Source: an uncultured Spirochaetaceae bacterium
GTDB taxonomy: Bacteria; Spirochaetota; Spirochaetia; DSM-27196; SKKC01
Direction of reading: 5' to 3'
Assembly (NCBI GenBank): GCA_964565375.1
Contig: CAZMEV010000001.1
Span: forward strand, 1,638-65,637
DNA length: 64,000 bases
Below are positions 46,090 to 55,329 of this stretch, piece by piece. How positions within the stretch are numbered: the first letter of the stretch is position 1; the number at the start of each line of letters is the position of its first letter. The notes below the pieces were generated by a model. That model saw nothing but the letters and a program-made list of their open reading frames with translations, made no database searches and was not told the DNA's origin. A program made the translations under genes and the position numbers.

Positions 46090-46557
46090 CTATTGTGACG
46101 GTGTTACCGGAAGGAATGACAGGATCTCCTCGGCGTCGATGGCCTGTCCGTCACCGGGTGCGCTCACAAGTACAGGCTCGGTTTGCCCTCTTGTAGATGT
46201 TTCGACAATGCCTATCGATAGCGCCGAAATGTGGCGTGAAACGGAAGACGGACCCCGGTCAATATCGAAATCCGGCCCCGGCTCTGCGGCAAATGCGTCG
46301 GCGTAATCGCTGAACAGCTCCTGTGCGTCTTCACCGTTTATTGTGTTCTCTGTTTCCGAGAAAATCCGCCCGTCTTCACGATGTACATAATCAAATCGTG
46401 CCGAACTGACCGATCCGCCCTGAACTTCCACTTGGAACCATGCGACCCACCCATCCCCGCGATCAATGTCGGAGATCGCAAGGTAGCTGCCGTCCTGGAG
46501 TTCGGGCCTGTCCTCGCAGGAGGCAAGGGTAAGAATTGCCGGCAGGATCAGGATCAT
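46090..46557 (-). CDS. Hypothetical lipoprotein (155 aa)
   Basis: MILILPAILTLASC lipobox. The remaining 135 codons of the ORF-track entry (to 46962) run through an AT-richer, low-coding-quality intergenic stretch and were trimmed. Confidence 0.5.
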   Translation of the reverse strand: MILILPAILTLASCEDRPELQDGSYLAISDIDRGDGWVAWFQVEVQGGSVSSARFDYVHREDGRIFSETENTINGEDAQELFSDYADAFAAEPGPDFDIDRGPSSVSRHISALSIGIVETSTRGQTEPVLVSAPGDGQAIDAEEILSFLPVTPSQ

Positions 46558-47040
46558 GATTGGAACCTGGCGTATCCAAACCCGGGGTGAAATGGTGTGC
46601 GATTTCAGGATTGGCGGCGCTGACGGCGCCGAAGCGGTCAGGCGGTCTTTGGTAACTACGTCGGCGGACATCCGGAAACAGCATAGGACAAACAGCATAT
46701 GCATGTCACGTGAGGAATCCGAACACCGCAGCCTTAAAGCAATAATGTATGTGGTTGTTGCGAAAGATGTGGAATCCTGCTTGTCATGTAGCCCTAATGG
46801 TGACATAATACGGCCAGTATGAAGCCGTAGGGCTTCGCTTAGATTAGTTGATTGTTCGTGTTCTGCCTTTCCCGGTTGCCCCTTGACTGTTTTCATTGGA
46901 GAATCCCGGTGTAGAACCTGCCGTGAGTGTCCCATCCTGTTCGTGTATTCAGCAATTGCCAAATATCAAAAGGACCACACTTCAGCAGTTAGTACGTTAG
47001 AAAGACAGGTGCGAAAACAGTCGCGAGAAAGGATGCTATT

Positions 47041-47346
47041 ATGGCAACCAAGCTTTATGTAGGTAATCTCAATTACCGCACCCAGGAAGAGGATCTCAGG
47101 TCCCTCTTTGCCCAGTACGGCGATGTTTCGTCGGTTTCGATAATCAGTGACCGTGATACCGGTCGATCGCGTGGTTTCGGCTTCGTCGAAATGAGCGATG
47201 AGGGTGGTGCCCGTTCAGCCGAGGAGGCTCTCAACGGTGCGGATTTCGAAGGCCGTGCGCTGAAAGTAAATGAAGCTCGTCCGCGGGAAGACAACCGCCG
47301 TGGTGGCGGTGGCCGTGACGGCGGATTCCGCCGCGACCGCTTCTAA
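47041..47346 (+). CDS. RRM-type RNA-binding protein with a Gly/Arg-rich tail
   Basis: RNP-2 KLYVGNL, RNP-1 RGFGFVEM and C-terminal RRGGGGRDGGFRRDRF. Confidence 0.9.
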   Translation: MATKLYVGNLNYRTQEEDLRSLFAQYGDVSSVSIISDRDTGRSRGFGFVEMSDEGGARSAEEALNGADFEGRALKVNEARPREDNRRGGGGRDGGFRRDRF

Positions 47347-47641
47347 AAATCGGTTTGTCCGTATCCCATAACTGGATACTCGCGGACAGCAAACATCGAA
47401 CGGTAGTCAGCCGGCTGAACGACCAGGGTCCGGGACATTGCCCGGTATCGGCGTCTTGGCCGGCTGCGTGCTGAAATCGTCATTCCTTTTCGGAAGCTGC
47501 CGCAACAATTTCCGGTCCAGGAAATACGTCCGTGCGGCAGCGGACTTACTGAATTTTTCATTACTGTAACATCGGAATCGTGCTCGCCAGATGTGGGATG
47601 ATTCCGAATCTATGAATCCGAAGCCATAAAGGAGGTGCATC

Positions 47642-47887
47642 GTGCCTAAACGCTCATTCAAGGGTGATAAACGACGTCGCGAGCTCCAGAAGAAGCGAAA
47701 GCGAGAAGATAAAATGGCGCGCCGCCAGAATAAATCCTCAGAAGAGGGGGGCGAAAACACCGAGGACACCTCATATTTGGAGTATCTGAATCCGGGCGGT
47801 CCCGTCGACCAACGGTTTGTCGATGAGGATGAAAACGGCGACGATAACGATGAAGAGTCGGAGGAGGAAGCCGGCGGCGGCAATTAA
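47642..47887 (+). CDS. Small hypothetical protein with a basic N-terminal half and an acidic C-terminal half
   Basis: AAGGAGG lies 6 nt upstream of GTG 47642. N-terminus KRSFKGDKRRRELQKKRKREDKMARR, C-terminus DEDENGDDNDEESEEE. No family recognised. Confidence 0.45.
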   Translation: MPKRSFKGDKRRRELQKKRKREDKMARRQNKSSEEGGENTEDTSYLEYLNPGGPVDQRFVDEDENGDDNDEESEEEAGGGN

Positions 47888-47901
47888 GCCGCCGTAAGCC
47901 T

Positions 47902-48195
47902 TCAGACTTCGGTTATTTCCGCCTCAAATTGAAAGAGGCGGATTCCTTCGTTGGGGAATCGTCCCTTCACCCGCCTGACAGCCGAAACAATCCGTGTCCC
48001 ACTTTCGGCATCTGTATAGAAAAGAAAGAGAATATTCTCCTCAGGCCAGATATGGTCACCGCGTCGTTCGCCGCTGTTACCCACGCCGTGAACACCGGGT
48101 ATCCGTGTGTGATACCCGGCAACGTTTTCTCGAGTGAACTCATCGAGAAGATCCTCCTCGATGGCCCGATTCGCAATGACTTCAGTGCGGGTCAT
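47902..48195 (-). CDS. Small PII-fold-like protein co-translated with the RND pump (transporter-associated)
   Basis: 97 aa. It has a beta-alpha-beta x2-like pattern (TEVIANRAIEEDLLDEF...GYHTRIPGVHGVG...ILFLFYTD...IVSAVRRV). Its start overlaps the RND stop by 4 nt. The family assignment is inferred from pattern and context only. Confidence 0.45.
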   Translation of the reverse strand: MTRTEVIANRAIEEDLLDEFTRENVAGYHTRIPGVHGVGNSGERRGDHIWPEENILFLFYTDAESGTRIVSAVRRVKGRFPNEGIRLFQFEAEITEV

Positions 48196-51100
48196 GATTG
48201 ATCCTCCGGCTTCTCGGGTGGGGCATCGGAGCCTTCACTCAGTCCCTGATCCTGGTCGCCTTCACTCAGTCCCTGATCATCCGGGCCCTCAGTCAGTCCC
48301 TGATCATCTGTAAGCTCGGCTCCCGGCTGCACTACTTCTTCATGTGCCTCGAAGCGACGCTCAAGGCGGGCTTCCCGCTTTCTTCGCCTCTGTTCGTCGT
48401 TTGCGTTGAACAGTGCATAGAGCGTGGGTACGAAGAACAGGGTCAGCAGGGTGCTCACGCTCAAGCCTCCGATAACGGTCAGCGCGATGGGCTGGATGAG
48501 TTCCGAGCCTTCGCCGCCGAGGAACGCTATCGGCATGAGTCCGAGCACTGTTGTCAGGGTGGTCATGAGAATGGGGCGCAGCCTGTTGCCTCCTGCATCA
48601 ACGCACGCCTGGACAAGGGGCAACCCACGGGCTCTCAGGAGATTGGTATAGTCGACAAGCACTATTCCGTTGTTCACAACAATACCGATAAGCATAACCA
48701 GCCCGACTGCGGTGAATATGCTGAGATTCACCCCCGCCCAGTCATGGATACCAAGGATTCCAATCAGGGTAAGGGGAATCGAGAAGAAAATGATGAACGG
48801 ATCGCGGAAAGACTCGAATTGTGCAGCCATGACTCCGTACACAAGCAGGATTGCCACAATTATAATGCCAATGAATGTCGTCCCGTAATCTATTATGTCC
48901 TGTAACTCGCCCTCAAAGGCGATTGTTACATCGTCTTCGGCCGGAATCTGTGCCTCCACGAGCCTGCGGATCTGGGGTTCTACATCGGCCGCAGTCGTTC
49001 CTTCGGCGACGTCGGCGGTAATACGCAACTCGCGCCTCTGGTTAACTCTGCGGATATCCACAGGGCCAGTAGTGCGCTCCAGCGTTGCGATATTCGAAAG
49101 CGGTATGCGGGTACCGGCGCGACTCTCCACGTAAATGCGGTTCAGGTCGGGAATCGACAGCCTGTCCTGTTGATCGAGGATTACGAATATGTCGGTCTCG
49201 GTCCCGTCAATTTCCATTTGCGATGCGGTAACGCCGTCAATGTTCGCGCGCACCTCCTGTCCGATTGTTCCCATATCCAGTCCGAGCGCATATACCCGTT
49301 CACGGTCAACATTAATATCGACCTGTGGAAGGCCCTCGGATATTCCAAGCTCCGGTTCAACTGCGTCGGGGACTTCGGAAGCAATGAGCGAACGAATCTG
49401 CTCGGAGATCTGGCGTGCCCGGTCAAGGTTATTCGATCGCACACGGATGTCGATCGGTGGGCCGCCCCCGGGACCTCCGAATCCCTCGCCGAAGGTGATT
49501 TCCGCCCCCGGGAAGCGGTCGAAGTGGGGGCGCAGGATTCGGCGGATATCGCTTTCCTGTTCAATGCGGTCTTCGAAATCGGGAAGCGTAATGGTTATGG
49601 AACCTTCGTTGGCGGCGCCTCCGCCGAAGAAACCTCCGCCTCCAACTTCGAGAATAATATCGTCATAGCCTTCGATCTCATCCTGGATAATCGACTCGAA
49701 GTTCTGCAGCGTCTCACGGGTAACATCAAGCCGTGTACCCTCGGCCAGTTCGAAATCAATTACTACGAAGTCTTCTTCCTGGTCGGGTAGTAACTCGAAG
49801 CCGACTCGGGGAAGCAGAGCAAGGCTTCCTCCGAACAGCGCAAGGACGACAAGAATTGTGATGGCCTTATGCCTGAGCACAGCCGCGAGGGCGTACTTGT
49901 ACCGGGTGTCAAGCGCAACAAACATGCGGTCCATGCGCTCGTCGAGCCGGCCAAGTGGCCCACGGGGTGGGCGCTGCGTTCGCGAAACCAGCGGGAAGTA
50001 GTGACTTGCAAGCACCGGAACAAGAAAGATGGCTACCATAAGGGAAGCCGAAAGAGATATGACGACTGTAAACGAAAGCCCGCTGAACAGTTCCCCGACA
50101 AACTCAAGTTGATCCCTGAAAAGCGCAACCGGCAGGAATACCGTAATCGTTGTCAGCGTTGCCGCAACAATAGCATTGATCATCTCCTGCGTACCGAGGA
50201 TAGCGGCCGGACGGAGTTTTGCCCCTTTTTCGCGATACCGGTAAATGTTCTCGAGGATTACGATGGAGTTGTCGACCAGGAGACCGACCCCCAGCGCCAG
50301 GCCGGCCAGGGTCATGAGATTCAAGGTCAGACCGAAGAAGTACATCAGCGTCAGCGCAAAAATAATCGACGTCGGTATGCTGACGGCGACAACCGCGGTG
50401 GCCTTGACGCTTCGAAGGAAAAAGAACAGCACAATTACCGCGAGCACACCGCCGCTGATCGCCTGGTTGGAAACCGTGCGCAGCGAATTCCTTATAATGT
50501 CGGTGGTGTCGACGACGACTTCGAGTCGCGTATCGCCGGGAAGGTTCTCGTTTATTGAGTCCAGCTGTGCCAGAACGGCATCCGCTGCGTTCACAGCATT
50601 GGCGTCACTCTGCTGCTGAACAGATACAGACACCCCTTCCTCGCCGTTTATGTAAACGGCACTGCTTTCCGGGCGGAATCCTTCTTCCACTGTACCGAGG
50701 TCACCGAGACGGACTGGAACCTGGATCGGCGGGCCGTCGGGGCGTTCAACGCTCACCAGAGACACCACAGCACTGCGAAGTTCCTCGACCGTATCGAACC
50801 TTCCCGCGGTCTCTACTATATATTCGGTTTCACCTTCTTCAAGTGTTCCGCCGGACAGCCTTACATTCTGACTGCGGATCGCCTGCTGAACCCCCGAAAG
50901 CGTCAGTCCGTAGGCGTCAAGCCGATCGCGCTGGATATCCACACGTACGACGCTGTCACGCCCACCGTCAATGTTCGTAGCAGCGATACCGTCAAGCTGT
51001 TCGATTTCCGGTTGAACGATATCTTCCGCGAGTTCGCGGAGATCCTCGGGCGTGCGGTCTCCCGCCATTCGCAAGGTCATGATCGGAATCAGCGACGGAT

Positions 51101-51491
51101 CAAACCGGAAAATGCTCGGCTGATCAGCATCATCCGGCAGTGCGCCCCGAATCTGCTCGAGTCGGTCACGTACATCATTCGCGGCGGCATCCATGTTTGT
51201 TCCCCAGGTAAACTCAAGGGTAATCTGACTGCTGCCACGTGAGGAAGTAGAGCTTATCTGGTTAAGGTTGCTGACGTTACTCAGCGCCCCTTCCAGTGGG
51301 CGGCTCACCGATTCCTCAACCTCTTCCGGACTTGAGCCTTCATATCCCGTCTGAACTATGAGAACCGAGGGCTCGATTTCGGGAAACAGGTCGAGCGGAA
51401 GATTCATTGCCGTATAAATCCCGAACCCGGTAATCAGCGCAAAAATAATGAAAAACGTAGTGGGTCGATGTACGATCGTTCGGGTTAGCAT
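48192..51491 (-). CDS. RND-superfamily efflux permease (AcrB/HAE-like) with an acidic repeat tail
   Basis: MLTRTIVHRPTTFFIIFALI, LDLFPEIEPSVLIVQT, TM4 GVGLLVDNSIVILENI, 1099 aa. Confidence 0.9.
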   Translation of the reverse strand: MLTRTIVHRPTTFFIIFALITGFGIYTAMNLPLDLFPEIEPSVLIVQTGYEGSSPEEVEESVSRPLEGALSNVSNLNQISSTSSRGSSQITLEFTWGTNMDAAANDVRDRLEQIRGALPDDADQPSIFRFDPSLIPIMTLRMAGDRTPEDLRELAEDIVQPEIEQLDGIAATNIDGGRDSVVRVDIQRDRLDAYGLTLSGVQQAIRSQNVRLSGGTLEEGETEYIVETAGRFDTVEELRSAVVSLVSVERPDGPPIQVPVRLGDLGTVEEGFRPESSAVYINGEEGVSVSVQQQSDANAVNAADAVLAQLDSINENLPGDTRLEVVVDTTDIIRNSLRTVSNQAISGGVLAVIVLFFFLRSVKATAVVAVSIPTSIIFALTLMYFFGLTLNLMTLAGLALGVGLLVDNSIVILENIYRYREKGAKLRPAAILGTQEMINAIVAATLTTITVFLPVALFRDQLEFVGELFSGLSFTVVISLSASLMVAIFLVPVLASHYFPLVSRTQRPPRGPLGRLDERMDRMFVALDTRYKYALAAVLRHKAITILVVLALFGGSLALLPRVGFELLPDQEEDFVVIDFELAEGTRLDVTRETLQNFESIIQDEIEGYDDIILEVGGGGFFGGGAANEGSITITLPDFEDRIEQESDIRRILRPHFDRFPGAEITFGEGFGGPGGGPPIDIRVRSNNLDRARQISEQIRSLIASEVPDAVEPELGISEGLPQVDINVDRERVYALGLDMGTIGQEVRANIDGVTASQMEIDGTETDIFVILDQQDRLSIPDLNRIYVESRAGTRIPLSNIATLERTTGPVDIRRVNQRRELRITADVAEGTTAADVEPQIRRLVEAQIPAEDDVTIAFEGELQDIIDYGTTFIGIIIVAILLVYGVMAAQFESFRDPFIIFFSIPLTLIGILGIHDWAGVNLSIFTAVGLVMLIGIVVNNGIVLVDYTNLLRARGLPLVQACVDAGGNRLRPILMTTLTTVLGLMPIAFLGGEGSELIQPIALTVIGGLSVSTLLTLFFVPTLYALFNANDEQRRRKREARLERRFEAHEEVVQPGAELTDDQGLTEGPDDQGLSEGDQDQGLSEGSDAPPEKPEDQS
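48231..48311 (-). repeat. 27-bp in-frame tandem repeat x3 encoding DQGLSEG-type units at the RND C-terminus
   Basis: Units at 48231-48257, 48258-48284 and 48285-48311. Confidence 0.85.
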
Positions 51492-52411
51492 TATTCAGAC
51501 TCCTGTATGTCAAAGTCCGTAACCTGCAGTAATGCCCCCTGCGAGGCAAGATTCTGGCCTCGTGTCACGACGCGATCGCCGGGTTCGAGCCCTTCAACGA
51601 TTTCGACCCTGCCGTCGGCCTCAATACCGAGTTCGACCGGTCGGCGCTCGGCACGATCATCCTCATCAACTATGAAGACGTGACGTTCATCCGCGCGACG
51701 TACTACAGCTCGCTGAGGGACTGTAACGGCATCCGGTCTTTCCTCGGCGATAAGGTCAATTCGAGCGAACATGCCCGGCCGAATGCGCGGGTCAGGTGTA
51801 TCGAACACCATCGTGGTGCCGAGCGAGCGGCTTGTCCGGTCCAGTTGGGGTGCTAATCGCACCACAGAAGCGGAAAACTCTTCTCCCGGTAGAGCATCGA
51901 GGCGAACTGCCGCCTGCTGCCCGAGCGATAGCCCCCCAATAAAGCGCTCCGGAACATAGGTGCTGATCTCCAGATCATCGATCGATGCAACCTGGGCTAC
52001 AGGCGATTGCTGGCTTACGTTCGACCCCTCGCGCATATTAAGCTGCGTAATCGTCCCGGCGATCGGAGAGCGAACTGGTCCGACCGCGAAGCGCTGGCCG
52101 GGACGTGAGGGATCAACCCGCGCAATGACTTCGTCCTTTTCAACCCGGTCACCGATTTCTACGAAGAGCTCAACCACTTCGCCGGCCTGGTCCGGAATAA
52201 CGCCAACGGTTCTCGAAGGCTCGATCTCTCCGCTCAGATTGATGACTTCGGTAATACCGGTCTGTTCAGCCTCTTCCATTTCGACGGCGAGGCGGTCCTC
52301 TTCTTCATCTGCTTCCTCTTCAGCGTCCGGCGAGCAGGCGGCGAATACCGCCACTGTCAGGCCGAGAAGCAGAAATCGTACTGTTAGATACCTTTTGGTG
52401 TTCATCATCAA
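51491..52411 (-). CDS. RND efflux periplasmic adaptor (membrane fusion protein), lipoprotein
   Basis: Lipobox VAVFAAC. Lipoyl-like hairpins (EIGDRVEKDEVIARVDP ... SPIAGTITQLNMREGSNV) and a C-terminal beta-barrel. Confidence 0.85.
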   Translation of the reverse strand: MMMNTKRYLTVRFLLLGLTVAVFAACSPDAEEEADEEEDRLAVEMEEAEQTGITEVINLSGEIEPSRTVGVIPDQAGEVVELFVEIGDRVEKDEVIARVDPSRPGQRFAVGPVRSPIAGTITQLNMREGSNVSQQSPVAQVASIDDLEISTYVPERFIGGLSLGQQAAVRLDALPGEEFSASVVRLAPQLDRTSRSLGTTMVFDTPDPRIRPGMFARIDLIAEERPDAVTVPQRAVVRRADERHVFIVDEDDRAERRPVELGIEADGRVEIVEGLEPGDRVVTRGQNLASQGALLQVTDFDIQESE

Positions 52412-52422
52412 TATATCTCCGT

Positions 52423-53847
52423 CTACTGTGTGTCGGTCAGTTCCGAAACCGGGGTGTCGAGCAGAAATTCAAGATTCACCAGCGCCTCGCGGTAATCAAA
52501 CTGTTCCTGTAGAAGATCAAGCTGTGCGTCGAGAAGGTCAATCTCGGCGTCACGCACATCTGAAATATCGCGCAATCCTGCATCGTATCCTTCTTCTGCC
52601 AGCTCCAGCGCCCGTTCGGCAACTTCAACACTGAACATGACCGATTCCATTGCTTCACGCGTAATTTCAATTGTCTCGAGCAGGGTAAGAAGTCTCGACT
52701 CGACCCCGTCGATCGCCTGTTCGACCGCCACTTCCGCCTGTTCCCGCTGGCGCTCCTGCTCGGCCAGCTCAGTTCTCGTCGAGGAACGCGGGAGCAACGG
52801 GTCGATCGGTACGTTTAACGTAATGCTGAACGCACCGCTGCGTTGCTCCCATTGGTCCAGGTCAAACACATCGCTTGAAAACGGATCACCTTCGAGTGCC
52901 GGATCAATGTTGTAGCCGAACGTAAGCGTGGGAAACATCTGTGACACCGTCGCATCCCGCGCCAGCTCGATCTGATCGATCGAGCGACGTGCCTCCCTGA
53001 TATCCGCGCTACGCCCTATACGTGCACGGAGCTCACGTTCGCTTTCAAGCTCAACCGTTTCGATTCCTATATCGCCGGTAAGCTCAAGCTCTTCCTCGGG
53101 TGGTACTCCGAGAGTAAGGGCGAACTGCCGTATTGCAGCATCATAGGCCTGGCGCTGACGGCGCAGAGCCGGACGCTGATTTTCAAGTGCGACCTGCGTT
53201 GAGAGTAAGGTGAACTCGTCGATAATTCCGTCTTCAAAGTCCTGCTGTGCCTCTTCATAACGCTGTTCGGCTTCTTCGAGTCGGCGTTCGGAAAGCGCAA
53301 TCTGTTCCTGCTGGAGAAGCAGCTCGTAGAATGACAGCCGTACATCGCGTTCAGTTTCTCTTCGCGCCTGCCGGAGATCGAACTCCGCGTCATCGAGCGA
53401 CTGCGTCCGCTGTTCCAACCCGACGAGCATCTGGCGGGTGAGTGTCAGACTTATATCCAGATTCGTGCTCAGGTTCCAGCGGGGCGGATCGTCTGGTTCA
53501 TCAACATCCAGTGCGGTGGGGTCCTCGGTCAGTAGAAATTCTTCGAGTCCCTGAAGGGTCCCCTGGAGATCCGGCGTAGCCTCCGGCTCCACATTCGGGC
53601 GCGCAAGGGTAGAACGGGCGCTGATCTGCGGAAGAAAGACGTTCCAGCGGTCCGAATAGTTGCGCTCGGCGATCATAAGTTCTATTTCCTGCGTGCGGAT
53701 ATTCAGGTTTCGCTGCAGCGCAAGCTCTACCGCAAGGTCGGCGTCGAGTTCGAGTGGTTCCCGGTCCTCTGCGGTCACCATCATAAGTGGCAGAATCAGA
53801 ACGATTGCTGCAATCAGCACTGTTCGAAGAGTAAAACGGATGTTCAT
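52423..53847 (-). CDS. TolC-family outer-membrane efflux protein
   Basis: Signal peptide followed by two OEP repeats with long helices (LDADLAVELALQRNLNIR..., RREAEIDLLDAQLDLLQEQFDY). Confidence 0.85.
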   Translation of the reverse strand: MNIRFTLRTVLIAAIVLILPLMMVTAEDREPLELDADLAVELALQRNLNIRTQEIELMIAERNYSDRWNVFLPQISARSTLARPNVEPEATPDLQGTLQGLEEFLLTEDPTALDVDEPDDPPRWNLSTNLDISLTLTRQMLVGLEQRTQSLDDAEFDLRQARRETERDVRLSFYELLLQQEQIALSERRLEEAEQRYEEAQQDFEDGIIDEFTLLSTQVALENQRPALRRQRQAYDAAIRQFALTLGVPPEEELELTGDIGIETVELESERELRARIGRSADIREARRSIDQIELARDATVSQMFPTLTFGYNIDPALEGDPFSSDVFDLDQWEQRSGAFSITLNVPIDPLLPRSSTRTELAEQERQREQAEVAVEQAIDGVESRLLTLLETIEITREAMESVMFSVEVAERALELAEEGYDAGLRDISDVRDAEIDLLDAQLDLLQEQFDYREALVNLEFLLDTPVSELTDTQ

Positions 53848-54033
53848 ATCGTTGTTAATATAGCAAAGCAGGGGAGAAATGACTGCGGATTGCAGGTAAA
53901 CGCTGGATTAACGCAGCTGCCGGGCGAGGCCGCAGGTGCCTCGGCCCCGGGCCGCCGATCCGGCGAAGATCTGAACTGTCCTACAGCACAGGCGGCCTCT
54001 GCCTGCCGCTCACTGCAGTACCGTCCCCGGGAG

Positions 54034-55329
54034 CTATTGCCTGCCGGGTCTGAACGGAAGCTGCTCGAACATTTCCTTTGTTTGTACGCCGGCGATCGTC
54101 GCCTGCTTTGTGTATTTGGTATGCAGACGCGTGGCGCCCTCGATCAGGATCTGCGAGGCGACGCCGAGTTGAATGGACTGCTGTGCTTCGAGAAATGCCG
54201 CGAACTCGTCGCAGATGCGCACGAGCCCACCGTCGAGCGGCCGGTAGTCGTCGCTGTTGTAGCGATTGTCGATCTCTTCGCTTTCGACCTGCTCGACGCC
54301 CTTAGGACTGCTTATCTTGCCGGTGAACTCATCGTCGATGAAGTACCGCATTTCCGCTGCGATTTCCCTGGTCATGTGCGGGTATATTTCTTCAGCTACC
54401 GTTTCATCTTCGATCTTGCGGACGATTTCCGGTAGACCGGGGGTCGCCGTCTTGGTGGGGGCCACAATGTCGCGGGTAACCGACTCGGGAAGGTCGTGAA
54501 AGAGGCCTGCGAAGAAGTTGTTGTACCGCCGTGTGTGACAGGGGTCACGCTGCTCGGTAAGGAGCAGCGCGAATGTCGCCACCATGAGGGAATGTCCGAG
54601 TACGGCCGTCTCGGGAATGCGGGGCGTACGGCTCCAGCGGGTCTGGTAGCGCAGCCGGTCGGCGACACTGATTACGCGGAACAGGTCAAGTTCGAGAATA
54701 AGCTGCCGCATACCGGCGAGATCGAGAAAGGGTTCCATGCGTTTTCGCAGGTGGTTCTCGATAGCGGGAATACGCGGATCGTGGGAGTTCACACCCTTAA
54801 TGATCTGAAACTCACGGTACGTAGAGTAGCTTCGTGCCGCCTCAAGGATCTGCAGGGAGCGCTCGGCGGGTGTGCGATTGCGTTCCATCGGAATTCGCCC
54901 ACCGGAATGTCCCTCAAGTCCAAGTTCCGGGTCGAGACCGAGCTGCAGGGCGGTCACCGGACGCGAGAAGTACTCGCGGAATCGGGACTCGAGCCCATAG
55001 GGGGCGAGCATGGGGGCCACCGAATCGGCGACCCACTGATTGAGCCTGTGGTATTCATCCGGATGCTCGACTCGAATGCGTCTGTGAACGGTTTCCTTGA
55101 TGTCGGAAAGCGCAATCTTTCGAAGCAGATCGAATACCCCGGTGAAGATAATCGTATCCCAGTCGACCTCGCGACCGTCCTGCTCCTCAAGTTTGCCGAG
55201 AAACCATGCAAGCATCATCGCGAACGACCGCCGGTCCATTTCGTTGAGTTCCATGGGCCGCACGAGGTCATTCCATCGCTTTACCGAAAAGCCTCCGAAG
55301 AGGTGAAGGGCTACGGTCTTTTCGATCAT
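54034..55329 (-). CDS. HD-domain phosphohydrolase with tandem YfbR-like repeats (N-terminal repeat degenerate)
   Basis: The second repeat keeps the metal ligands (TAVLGHSLMVA ... AGLFHDLPESVTRDI). The first repeat has NEMDRRSF / VFDLLRKIALSDI at the equivalent positions. It has a 4-nt overlap with the upstream PtsI-like gene. Confidence 0.7.
   Translation of the reverse strand: MIEKTVALHLFGGFSVKRWNDLVRPMELNEMDRRSFAMMLAWFLGKLEEQDGREVDWDTIIFTGVFDLLRKIALSDIKETVHRRIRVEHPDEYHRLNQWVADSVAPMLAPYGLESRFREYFSRPVTALQLGLDPELGLEGHSGGRIPMERNRTPAERSLQILEAARSYSTYREFQIIKGVNSHDPRIPAIENHLRKRMEPFLDLAGMRQLILELDLFRVISVADRLRYQTRWSRTPRIPETAVLGHSLMVATFALLLTEQRDPCHTRRYNNFFAGLFHDLPESVTRDIVAPTKTATPGLPEIVRKIEDETVAEEIYPHMTREIAAEMRYFIDDEFTGKISSPKGVEQVESEEIDNRYNSDDYRPLDGGLVRICDEFAAFLEAQQSIQLGVASQILIEGATRLHTKYTKQATIAGVQTKEMFEQLPFRPGRQ

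Noticed and set aside
47497-47540. Stem-loop downstream of the RRM gene as its intrinsic terminator
   Set aside because: It lies about 150 nt after the stop, and the T-run (47553-47557) is separated from the stem by about 12 nt. That is not a convincing terminator geometry, so it is noted only as possible UTR structure.
53848-54033. Promoter and terminator signals between the HD-domain gene and the second TolC gene
   Set aside because: Only weak 5-bp GC stems (GAGGC/GCCTC, CAGGC/GCCTG) and a TATATT with a poor -35 match were found. This is not enough to annotate.
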